Assembly: GCF_032444005.1 (NCBI RefSeq)
Contig: NC_091285.1
Span: 12,648,001 to 12,712,000, forward strand
Reading direction: 5' to 3'
Length of the DNA stretch: 64,000 bases
Origin: Ranitomeya imitator
Taxonomy: Eukaryota
The translations under genes were made by a program, and so were the position numbers. The first letter of the stretch is position 1. Each line of letters begins with the position of its first letter. Below, in pieces: positions 10,734 through 22,900 of this stretch. A model generated the notes under the pieces. That model did no database searches. It saw nothing but the letters and a program-made list of their open reading frames with translations, and had not been told where the DNA came from.

Positions 10734-11062
10734 CAGGTGCTTCTCAAAAAATTAGAATATCCTCAAAAAGTTAATTTATTTCAGTTCTTCAATATGAAAA
10801 GTGAATCTCATATATTATATAGAGTCATTACAGAGTGATCTATTTCATGTGTTTATTTCTGTTAATGTTGATGATTATGGCTTACAGCCAATGAAAACCC
10901 AAAAGTCATTATCTCAGTAAATTAGAATAATTAGCAAAAAAAAACACCTGCAAAGGCTTCCTAAGCATTTATAAAAGGTCCCTTAGTCTGTTTCAGTAGC
11001 TCCACAATCATGGGGAAGACTGCTGACTTCACAAATGTCCAGAAGGCGTCATTGACACACTG
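10734..11062 (+). mobile_element. Second Tc1 fragment (same family as 8781-9300) in GCIP intron 1
   Basis: TA-CAGGTG terminus; closely similar to 8781-9090; ATG at 11010 (MGKTADFTNVQK), truncated. Confidence 0.85.
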
Positions 11063-11160
11063 CTGTCCTGTATCTATAAATCGCACAATTCCACTCCTCC
11101 TCTCCTGTAGATATACACTGCACAGTACCACTCCTCCTGTCCTGTATACTGTGTGTAACT

Positions 11161-11292
11161 AGAGTTAGGGGTAGGGTTAGATTTTGGGTTACTGTAAGGG
11201 TTAGAGCTTAGGTTTTGGGATTTGGTTAGGATTAGAGCTACAGGCAGGGATAGGGATAGGTTTATGGATACAGGTAGGGATAGGGCTAAGGT
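11161..11292 (+). repeat. Degenerate TTAGGG-like hexamer tract
   Basis: GTTAGG, GTAGGG, GGTTAG and ATAGGG variants in tandem. Confidence 0.5.
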
Positions 11293-11798
11293 AATAAAGT
11301 ACCTAAATAAAACAAAAAGTGTAAAAAATTAAAAGTAAAATAAAAATATCATGTATACATTTTTATTTTAACAATGTTATGTCTGATTTCAGAAATAAAA
11401 AAACAGAAAAAAACTAGGGAGTGGTAACAGTTCACAGTTTAGGGGGCGCAAACTACTTGGCTTGCTATTGGTCTCGCGGTCCATGCTTTGACACCGCCAC
11501 CAGTGATGAGGAAATAAATTCTACCTCTACCCTAAGAACCTCAGAGACTTTACATTTCTACGTCACTACTGTACAAAACTAGAAATATTACCATTATACC
11601 CCTCACTAGCATAGACAACTTTCACTATTTTAAGACTCCTCAATACCATAGACCACCAGGGATGTTCCTGACATCCCTTCACTCAACCATGGAGTTAAAC
11701 AATAAAACCCTAGCCTTAGCTTCTTCTGAGCTCTTGTTCCCATACGTTAAGGAAGTCCCACTTGGAGATAACATGAATTTTCGACTATTTGTTAACAG

Positions 11799-11931
11799 AA
11801 AATTTGTCCAGGAGTGTCCCAGTGGTCTCATCACCCTCCATGAATTTCGCAAGTGTTTCTGTGATTGCACGACGGGAAAGCAATCCTCCGAGTATGCAGA
11901 ACAGATTTTCAGAGCACTGGATGACAATGGG
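11799..11931 (+). CDS. gcip: GCIP exon 2
   Basis: AG acceptor at 11797-11798; (R)KFVQECPSGLITLHEFRKCFCDCTTGKQSSEYAEQIFRALDDNG; EF1 with the family CPSG motif and the first half of the EF2 loop; donor GTAAG. Confidence 0.93.
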
Positions 11932-13737
11932 GTAAGAGGGATGGAATTGATAAATGTAATTTTTCATAAAGCAGCCAAGGGAGATGTATGGTGTGCCCAA
12001 AGGAAGGGCTTCTGAACCTACCTCACCACCATTGGTTCCCACTTCAGTGGTCCATGCAAAGTGTTTGGACGACTCTTACATTTATAGACAATGCCACATG
12101 TTGCTCATTCTCTTCAGTTGCTTCCTATGTACGGTAAGTAGCACAAATTCTTCTCTCTCTATTGGTGCTCGAGCAGTGGTCTACCTCACCTAACCCTTGT
12201 TCTGACCCTTCTCTGGTTTCAGACTAATAAGTTATGCTACTTTCATTGTCTTGCATTGATGGGTCTGGACTAGAGATAAGCAAATATTTTGAAATTCAAA
12301 TTTGTCAAATTTTCCCAGCAAATACGATTTGCTATGATTCCAATTCCCCTGAAAAGACTTACTGTATATGTCTCAGAAACCCTCCCATATTCTATTTCCT
12401 CACACACCAATCTTCTTCATTCATTGCTTTTACATACTCTCTGCAGTTTTTTTCATTGTTTTATGGCTTTTTCTCACTATTTCTATGGGTAAAGTCATGA
12501 GCTGTGGCGTTCATTCATTATCCAGATTCATCACAAAATGACTGCTGAATTTTCTGCTTTGGAAGGCTATGAAGGCCAGAATGCAAGTTATGATAATCCC
12601 ACCTGTTATATAATGTGATGTGATAGCTTCAAGGCATTTTAGGGAAGCCCATCCGGCAGTACCCGAGGTCTTGAAATCTTCTGCAGAGTGTGAAATAGTA
12701 ATAATTTTAGGCGATTTGCCCAAATCATATCACAAATTGTTTGAATTCAGCAAATCCCTGAAAATTCATCATCAATTTGATGCACATTAAATCAAATTGC
12801 TCATCTTTAGTCTCAATCTTTGGCTCAACTTTTTTCCATGAATCAAATCATAGGATCTTCTGATTTTTAGGGGTTGAAGCTCTTCTGGTAAAAGCATTCT
12901 CGTGAGACACTAGAATAATACATTTCTAAAGTTTTTTCACGTTATTAGTTGGGATTAACCTGAAAAACACACAGGATTTGCCAGTTTGATATTTTAAAAT
13001 TTGGGATTGTGGGAAAGGGACTTTGATTTATGGTTTCTTGGGTGAGGGAAGAACTCGAATATTAGGTTTCAATCCTATGTGTGATACATGAAGTCATTTC
13101 TTAAGTCTCCACACTCCCTTGTTATTTACATATTTAGGTTTCTGAGGTGCGTGTGTTTTCGAGCTAAGAGGTTGTACTTTTAGGCAGCCCCTTCACAACA
13201 AGAAGTCTCAGCACAAGTTAAAAGCTCAATTATATCAAGCATAATAACTTAGGACCCCCTTAAACATTCGACAGCAGTTGGCAGAATGATCATTCAGCCA
13301 AATGCTACCACTCCTGATTTCCCGACACATCTGCCCGGCTTGGTGGAGCTCTACTGTGTTTTCTATGAGAGCTGCTGCCAGAATCCTCATGTAGTGGCTT
13401 GACTCACAAAGAGCAAAATATGCAACATAGTTAGAGAATAGAGATCCAATAGACCAGATCTTTTTCTCCCCTGCTTGATGGTGAGAGTTGGGAGGCCCCT
13501 TACACATTAGTCCACCAGCCGATTGGCAGATTCTGGTGGGGTTTTGTCAAATGTCTATGGAGGCCTTTGAATATTTTGGCTTCCGGGGACTTAGGCTTAT
13601 GACAATTTATTAGAGGAAATTGATCAGTGAAAGAAGGGCGTCATGGCTAAATATAAAGGTTATAAACTGCTTACTCTTCACCTTGTTGTGATAAATAAGT
13701 AATGTTTTCATTGATCAAGTCACTTTACTGGTTATAG

Positions 13738-13887
13738 GACGGAATAGTAGACTTCCGAGAATATGCCACGGCCATCAGTATGCTTGCTCACGGGACTTCA
13801 GAGGACAAACTCAAGTGGTCTTTTAAGTTATACGACAAGGACAGTGACGGAGCCATCACCCGATTGGAAATGTTGGATATCATGAAG
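13738..13887 (+). CDS. gcip: GCIP exon 3
   Basis: DGIVDFREYATAISMLAHGTSEDKLKWSFKLYDKDSDGAITRLEMLDIMK; completes EF2 (DDNGDGIVDFRE) and contains EF3 (DKDSDGAITRLE); AG/GT bounded, 150 nt. Not in the ORF track. Confidence 0.93.
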
Positions 13888-14699
13888 GTTTGTGTAAATC
13901 TTTGGTAGAACTAAATTGGACTTAGATGGTTGCGAGCTTATGACATACTTTTTTCACAGGTGTATCTTAGAGCTTTTGGTCCTTATTTAACCTCCACCAC
14001 CTATTGTGTGTCTCCCAATATGATAGATGGGTCTTTGGACCTTCTCAAATTTCAGAGCTGGATGCGTCAACTACTATAACTCCAACCAAATCAGTCACTG
14101 TTTATGGGATGTTTTAGGAAAAAGTGGGGGGAACTTAGGCGACATAGCTATAATCTTTGGTGATCCATGAGTTTGCAAAAGTTCAAAATTAGCAATTTTC
14201 TCGAATTCGGATGGGAAATTCTATTGGCATCAACATTTTTCAAACCCAATTAAATATGTCCGATTATGCCCAGTGCAAAATATGCAAAAAATAAAGGCAA
14301 ATTATTACTCCCTTCCCCTTGTCTACGAAGTTGAGTACTTAGTTGTTCCGGTCCAGTCTTCACTCACAGGTTTCTGATGTTCTTCGCACCACAGGGCCCA
14401 TTGATTTTTTTAATGAGTGAGTGAGTATTACTTTTTTCATCCCCTTTTTGGTGCTTTTGAATCCAGTAAAATAGGGGAATAGCCCCTATTTTGTTGGATT
14501 TTTGTCAATAAAATCACTAAAAATTCAGATACTGGTTAAATTCAAGGTGAATTCGACTCGTTCCGAGTTATTCGTTCATCTTTTTGCCAATAAAATCACA
14601 AAAAATTCAGATCCTGGTGAAATTCGAGGTGAATTTGACTCACTTCCGAATGATTTGTTCATCTCTATGGTGTTACAAGTAATTATTTTTCTTCTACAG

Positions 14700-14805
14700 A
14701 CAGTGTATAAAATGAGCATCGCTGCTTCAATAGCCAAAGTCAATCCACCGACGGCAGAAGAGTGCACGAATCGCATTTTTATTCGCCTGGACAAAGACCA
14801 TAACG
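14700..14805 (+). CDS. gcip: GCIP exon 4
   Basis: TVYKMSIAASIAKVNPPTAEECTNRIFIRLDKDHN; acceptor CTTCTACAG; donor GTAAAG, phase 1. Confidence 0.93.
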
Positions 14806-15103
14806 GTAAAGCATCATGAAAATATGTTCTGTTGTGGAAAAGTTAAAGGTTATGCTCCATTGCTGTCCGTTTTTCCATGGAAATGAGGCTTTTTCATATA
14901 CCAAGACTTAAAAATTACATGATAATAAGACTTTTAGGTCTATAATTTTGACCTGATTGATCTCTAATTGTGAGTCTGTTTCTTTCATCAAATCCCCTGC
15001 ATTGACTCTTAGAAATATGAAACATTTCTGTCTTCCTGTCACCATCGGTGGAGTTGAGGAGCTCCAGTGTATAAACTGGATAAACAGTCTACACTAAGCT
15101 CAT

Positions 15104-15132
15104 GAGCTCCCCCTAGTGGAGGCTGTGGACAG
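15104..15132 (-). repeat. Solo copy of the core of the 57-bp satellite unit in GCIP intron 4
   Basis: Reverse complement reads CTGTCCACAGCCTCCACTAGGGGGAGCTC, 1-2 differences from array variants. Confidence 0.75.
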
Positions 15133-15511
15133 TCAGGATATAATAATATATCTCATTGTGCAAAAAAACCCAAGTCCTCGTGCGACTATGGGGATGGAAA
15201 GGTAAAAGTTATAGATGACCCTTGGAAGGAGTGGTGGAAAAAACAAAAGCACAAAAAAAAAAAATTCCCCTAATGTGAAGGAGTGTTTTATTACTCCTGC
15301 CCCCTTTACTCATCCTCCCAAGGGTCCAGCGCTGATTCTCCACCACTGCTCTAGATATTGTCTGGGCTGCTGATGTCACTTCGACAGCGCTGCAGCCAAT
15401 CAGTGAGCCCAAGTTGACGGCATGAAGCGCCCAGAGCCTCAACCTCAATTATTAGTTTCAACGCTGTCAACCTGTAGTCAATAACAGTGATCTCCTTTGT
15501 GTGTCTTTCAG

Positions 15512-15675
15512 CCATCATCAGTCTCCAGGAGTTTGTGGATGGCTCTCTGGATGATGAGTGGATTCGGGAGATGTTGGAGTGTGATCTCAGTACCGTGGAG
15601 ATACAACGACCGCCAAAGTGCATTCGCCTGCATTCCAGGTCCTCTAGAGAAAGCGTGTTACCTGCCAATCACTAG
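15512..15675 (+). CDS. gcip: GCIP exon 5 (terminal)
   Basis: (A)IISLQEFVDGSLDDEWIREMLECDLSTVEIQRPPKCIRLHSRSSRESVLPANH*. The five exons total 621 nt = 206 aa plus stop, with all phases compatible; closely resembles frog GCIP as recalled. Confidence 0.93.
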
Positions 15676-16916
15676 CGCCGACTTTTAGCCACATCCAGAA
15701 ACGTCTCTTCTGTACATATTTGCATATTCTCTGCCTCTTTGTGGAACTCACCTGCATAAATTAGAACTGTCGGCACATTAATATTTACTTTCCTTGGGTT
15801 CATCTTCTTTCTCCTTTTCATTGTTCAAATGCTGCCAATAATACAAAAAAATCCACCCCATCTTATTAATGGGGCTGTCTGACTTCTTCAAACATTTTTA
15901 TAAAAAGTAGAATTTTTGTGAAAATTTTTCACATGTGGAAACTTTAAAAATCACCAACTGTAGCCTCCATCACTTCCGAGAGGGACAGATTGCCATGAGG
16001 TTCCATTCTCAGTCACATGACCGCTGAGTCCTGTGATTGGCTACAGCAGTCAGGTGACAGGAATGGGACGTCTTCACTGTTCCTGTCACATGACTGCTGT
16101 GGCCAATCACAAATCTAAGCAAACAGGTGACCGATCTTGCTTCCTATCCGTCCATAGAGACTAGCACTCCAGTAACGGGAAGGAGGCAGCCGGTGAGGAC
16201 GGCTTCTTAGAACCTTTATCTAATCCCTCCCGGATGTAGGATCCTGTTTTATAAATATTTTTCTACCTAATTGTGTTTTCACCATATTTCACATTTGCTT
16301 TCGTGAATTTGATGAATCCTTTCTCTTGTTGTGTCCGGCAGGCAGCATCTCGTCAGGCAATATTCGAATCAGCGGGAAATTTGCTCTTCTAATACTTAAA
16401 GGGTTTGATGAAACCACAGGACCAGCCACGAAAAAAAACTGGGACTGACCATGAACTTAAAATTGTGTCTCCGTGTGCTGCAGTGTTGGATCTATTATTC
16501 CCTGTTATCAGCCATTATGGCATGGAGAGAAGCTGACTGGCAATTTCATATCAATGGCCCAGAAGTCAGGGGACCTCCCTGCCCCCACGGTCTCATCTCC
16601 ATGTCCAATATCTCCGGTGCTGGGAACCTGCAGAGACATTCACCTCCTGGGTGACAGATGCCATCAGCTCCTGGTATAAAGGAGACTCCAACAGTCTCGT
16701 TAGATTTTCCAACAATTTTGATTACCATAAACTCTCTTCCACTAAAAATCCCTATCATGATGTTTGGTAAAAAAAAGAACAACAAAAATTTAGGGTGTGA
16801 ATTTCTGATCAATTCACCTGAACTTGGCTCATTATATTGTGTAGAATAATTTATTTTCTAATACTCAAAATCCTTTGTATTGTCATGAAATAAAATAAGT
16901 GCTATGTGATTAAATT

Positions 16917-19900
16917 CTGTCTGTCTCTAAACACCACTAGGGGGAGCTCCCTGTATACAAAGACACATGATAAGATTCTGTCTGCAGCCACCACTAGGGG
17001 GAGCTCCCTGTATACAGAGATACATGATAAGATCCTGTCTGCAGCCACCACTAGGGGGAGCTCCCTGTATACAGAGATACATGATAAGATCCTGTCTGCA
17101 GCCACCACTAGGAGGAGCTCCCTGTATACAGAGATACATGATAAGATCCTGTCTGCAGTCACCACTAGGGGGAGCTCCTTGTATACAGAGATACATGATA
17201 AGATCCTGTCTGCAGACACCACTAGGGGGAGCTCCCTGTATACAGAGATACATGATAAGATCCTGTCTGCAGCCACCACTAGGGAGAGCTCCCTGTATAC
17301 AGAGATACATGATAAGATTCTGTCTGCAGCCACCACTAGGGGGAGCTCCCTGTATACAGAGATACATGATAAGATCCTGTCTGCAGCCACCACTAGGGGG
17401 AGCTCCCTGTATACAGAGATACATGATAAGATCCTGTCTGCAGCCACCACTAAGGGGAGCTCCCTGTATACAGAGATACATGATAAGATCCTGTCTGCAG
17501 TCACCACTAGGGGGAGCTCCCTGTATACAGAGATACATGATAAGATCCTGTCTGCAGCCACCACTAGGGGGAGCTCCCTGTATACAGAGATATATGATAA
17601 GATCCTGTCTGCAGTCACCACTAGGGGGAGCTCCCTGTATACAGAGATACATGATAAGATCCTGTCTGCAGTCACCACTAGGGGGAGCTCCCTGTATACA
17701 AAGATACATGATAAGATCCTGTCTGCAGTCACCACTAGGGGGAGCTCCCTGTATACAGATACATGATAAGATCCTGTCTGCAGTCACCACTAGAGGGAGC
17801 TCCCTGTATACAGAGATACATGATAAGATCCTGTATGCAGTCACCACTAGGGGGAGCTCCCTGTATACAGAGATACATGATAACACCGTCTGCAGCCACC
17901 ACTAGGGGGAGCTCCCTGTATACAGAGATACATGATAAGATCCTTTCTGCAGTCACCTCTAGGGGGAGCTCCCTGTATACAGAGATACATGATAAGATCC
18001 TGTCTGCAGTCACCACTAGGGGGAGCTCCCTGTATACAGAGATACATGATAAGATCCTGTCTGCAGTCACCACTAGGGGGAGCTCCCTGTATACAGAGAT
18101 ACATGATAAGATCCTGTCTGCAGCCACCACTAGGGGGAGCTCCCTGTATACAGAGATATATGATAAGATCCTGTCTGCAGTCACCACTAGGGGGAGCTCC
18201 CTGTATACAGAGATACATGATAAGATCCTGTCTGCAGTCACCACTAGGGGGAGCTCCCTGTATACAAAGATACATGATAAGATCCTGTCTGCAGTCACCA
18301 CTAGGGGGAGCTCCCTGTATACAGATACATGATAAGATCCTGTCTGCAGTCACCACTAGAGGGAGCTCCCTGTATACAGAGATACATGATAAGATCCTGT
18401 ATGCAGTCACCACTAGGGGGAGCTCCCTGTATACAGAGATACATGATAACACCGTCTGCAGCCACCACTAGGGGGAGCTCCCTGTATACAGAGATACATG
18501 ATAAGATCCTTTCTGCAGTCACCTCTAGGGGGAGCTCCCTGTATACAGAGATACATGATAAGATCCTGTCTGCAGTCACCACTAGGGGGAGCTCCCTGTA
18601 TACAGAGATACATGATAAGATCCTGTCTGCAGCCACCACTAGGGGGAGCTCCCTGTATACAGAGATAAATGATGAGATCCTGTCTGCAGTCACCACTAGG
18701 GGGAGCTCCCTGTATACAGAGATACATGATAAGATCCTGTCTGCAGCCACCACTAGGGGGAGCTCCCTGTATATAGAGATACATGATAAGATCCTGTCTG
18801 CAGCCACCACTAGGGGGAGCTCCCTGTATACAGAGATACATGATAAGATCCTGTCTGCAGTCTCCACTAGGGGGAGCTCCTTGTATACGGAGATACATGA
18901 TAACATCCTGTCTGCAGCCACCACTAGGGGGAGCTCCCTGTATACAGAGATACATGATAAGATCATGTCTGCAGTCACCACTAGGGGGAGCTCCCTGTAT
19001 ACAGAGATACATGATAAGATCCTGTCTGCAGCCACCACTAGGGGGAGCACCCTGTATACAGCGATACATGATAAGATCCTGTCTGCAGCCACCACTAGGG
19101 GGAGCTCCCTGTATACAGAGATACATGATAAGATCCTGTCTGCAGCCACCACTAGGGGGAGCACCCTGTATACAGCGATACATGATAAGATCCTGTCTGC
19201 AGCCACCACTAGGGGGAGCTCCCTGTATACAGAGATACATGATAACATCCTGTCTACAGCCACCACTATGGGGAGCTCCCTGTATACAGAGATACATGAT
19301 AAGATCCTGTCTGCAGCCACCACTAGGGGGAGCTCCCTGTATACCGAGATACATGATAAGATTCTGTCTGCAGTCACCACTAGGGGGAGCTCCCTGTATA
19401 CAGAGATACATGATAACATCCTGTCTACAGCCACCACTAGGGGGAGCTCCCTGTATACAGAGATACATGATAACATCCTGTCTACAGCCTCCACTATGGG
19501 GAGCTCCCTGTATACTGAGATACATGATAAGATCCTGTCTGCAGCCACCACTAGGGGGAGCTCCCTGTATACAGAGATACATGATAAGATACTGTATGCA
19601 GTCACCACTAGGGGGAGCTCCCTGTATACAGAGATACATGATAACAACCTGTCTACAGCCACCACGAGGGGGAGCTCCCTGTATACAGAGATACATGATA
19701 AGATCCTGTCTGCAGTCACCACTAGGGGGAGCTCCCTGTAAACAGAGATACATGATAACATCCTGTCTACAGCCACCACTATGGGGAGCTCCCTGTATAC
19801 AGAGATACATGATAAGATTCTGTCTGCAGCCACCACTAGGGGGAGCTCCCTGTATACAGAGATACATGATAAGATCCTGTCTGCAGCCACCACTAGGGGG

Positions 19901-22900
19901 AGCTCCCTATATACAACGATACATGATAAGATCCTGTCTGCAGTCACCACTAGGGGGAGCTCCCTGTATACAGAGACACATGATAAGATCCTGTCTGCAG
20001 CCACCACTAGGGGGAGCTCCCTGTATACAGAGATACATGATAAGATCCTGTCTGCAGCCACCACTAGGGGGAGCTCCCTGTATACAGAGATACATGATAA
20101 GATCCTGTCTGCAGTCACCACTAGGGGGAGCTCCCTGTATACAGAGATACATGATAAGATCCTGTCTGCAGCCACCACTAGGGGGAGCTCCCTGTATACA
20201 GAGATACATGATAAGATCCTGTCTGCAGTCACCACTAGGGGGAGCTCCCTGTATACAGAGATACATGATAAGATCCTGTCTGCAGTCACCACTAGGGGGA
20301 GCTCCCTGTATACAGAGATACATGATAAGATCCTGTCTGCAGCCACCACTAGGGGGAGCTCCCTGTATACAGAGATACATGATAAGATCCTGTCTGCAGT
20401 CACCACTAGGGGGAGCTCCCTGTATACAGAGATACATGATAAGATCCTGTCTGCAGTCACCACTAGGGGGAGCTCCCTGTATACAGAGATATGTGATAAG
20501 ATCCTGTCTGCAGTCACCACTAGGGGGAGCTCCCTGTATACAGAGATACATGATAAGATCCTGTCTGCAGCCACCACTAGGGGGAGCTCCCTGTATACAG
20601 AGATACATGATAAGATCCTGTCTGCAGTCACCACTAGGGGGAGCTCCCTGTATACAGAGATACGTGATAAGATCCTGTCTGCAGCCACCACTAGGGGGAG
20701 CTCCCTGTATACAGAGATACATGATAAGATCATGTCTGCAGCCACCACTAGGGGGAGCTCCATGTATACAGAGATATGTGATAAGATCCTGTCTGCAGTC
20801 ACCACTAGGGGGAGCTCCCTGTATACAGAGATACATGATAAGATCCTGTCTGCAGCCACCACTAGGGGGAGCTCCCTGTATACAGAGATACGTGATAAGA
20901 TCCTGTCTGCAGCCACCACTAGGGGGAGCTCCCTGTATACAGAGATACATGATAAGATTCTGTCTGCAGCCACCACTAGGGGGAGCTCCCTGTATACAGA
21001 GATACATGATAACATCCTGTCTGCATCCACCACTAGGGGGAGCTCCCTGTATACAGAGAGACATGATAACATCCTGTCTACAGCTTCCACTATGGGGAGC
21101 TCCCTGTTTACAGAGATACATGATAAGATACTGTCTGCAGTCACCACTAGGGGGAGCTCCCTGTATACAGAGATACATGATAAGATACTGTCTGCAGTCA
21201 CCACTAGGGGGAGCTCCCTGTATACAGAGATACATGATAAGATACTGTCTGCAGTCACCACTAGGGGGAACTCCCTGTATACAGAGATACATGATAAGAT
21301 CCTGTCTGCAGCCACCACTAGGGGGAGCTCCCTGTATACAGAGATACATGATAAGATCCTGTCTGCAGTCACCACTAGGGGGAGCTCCCTGTATACAGAG
21401 ATACATGATAAGATCCTGTCTGCAGCCACCACTAGGGGGAGCTCCCTGTATACAGAGATACATGATAAGATCCTGTCTGCAGCCACCACTAGGGGGAGCT
21501 CCCTGTATACAGAGATACATGATAAGATCCTGTCTGCAGTCACCACTAGGGGGAGCTCCCTGTATACAGAGATACATGATAAGATCCTGTCTGCAGCCAC
21601 CACTAGGGGGAGCTCCCTGTATACAGAGATACATGATAAGATCCTGTCTGCAGTCACCACTAGGGGGAGCTCCCTGTATACAGAGATACATGATAAGATC
21701 CTGTCTGCAGTCACCACTAGGGGGAGCTCCCTGTATACAGAGATACATGATAAGATCCTGTCTGCAGCCACCACTAGGGGGAGCTCCCTGTATACAGAGA
21801 TACATGATAAGATCCTGTCTGCAGTCACCACTAGGGGGAGCTCCCTGTATACAGAGATACATGATAAGATCCTGTCTGCAGTCACCACTAGGGGGAGCTC
21901 CCTGTATACAGAGATATGTGATAAGATCCTGTCTGCAGTCACCACTAGGGGGAGCTCCCTGTATACAGAGATACATGATAAGATCCTGTCTGCAGCCACC
22001 ACTAGGGGGAGCTCCCTGTATACAGAGATACATGATAAGATCCTGTCTGCAGTCACCACTAGGGGGAGCTCCCTGTATACAGAGATACGTGATAAGATCC
22101 TGTCTGCAGCCACCACTAGGGGGAGCTCCCTGTATACAGAGATACATGATAAGATCATGTCTGCAGCCACCACTAGGGGGAGCTCCATGTATACAGAGAT
22201 ATGTGATAAGATCCTGTCTGCAGTCACCACTAGGGGGAGCTCCCTGTATACAGAGATACATGATAAGATCCTGTCTGCAGCCACCACTAGGGGGAGCTCC
22301 CTGTATACAGACATACGTGATAAGATCCTGTCTGCAGCCACCACTAGGGGGAGCTCCCTGTATACAGAGATACATGATAAGATTCTGTCTGCAGCCACCA
22401 CTAGGGGGAGCTCCCTGTATACAGAGATACATGATAACATCCTGTCTGCATCCACCACTAGGGGGAGCTCCCTGTATACAGAGAGACATGATAACATCCT
22501 GTCTACAGCTTCCACTATGGGGAGCTCCCTGTTTACAGAGATACATGATAAGATACTGTCTGCAGTCACCACTAGGGGGAGCTCCCTGTATACAGAGATA
22601 CATGATAAGATACTGTCTGCAGTCACCACTAGGGGGAGCTCCCTGTATACAGAGATACATGATAAGATACTGTCTGCAGTCACCACTAGGGGGAGCTCCC
22701 TGTATACAGAGATACATGATAAGATCCTGTCTGCAGCCACCACTAGGGGGAGCTCCCTGTATACAGAGATACATGATAAGATCCTGTCTGCAGTCACCAC
22801 TAGGGGGAGCTCCCTGTATACAGAGATACATGATAAGATCCTGTCTGCAGCCACCACTAGGGGGAGCTCCCTGTATACAGAGATACATGATAAGATCCTG

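Noticed and set aside
11662-12015. ORF-track start for the EF-hand protein (MFLTSLHSTMELNNK... or MNFRLFVN)
   Set aside because: Intronic read-through. The real N-terminus is exon 1 at 10585 (MGQVAS), joined at the AG at 11797-11798.
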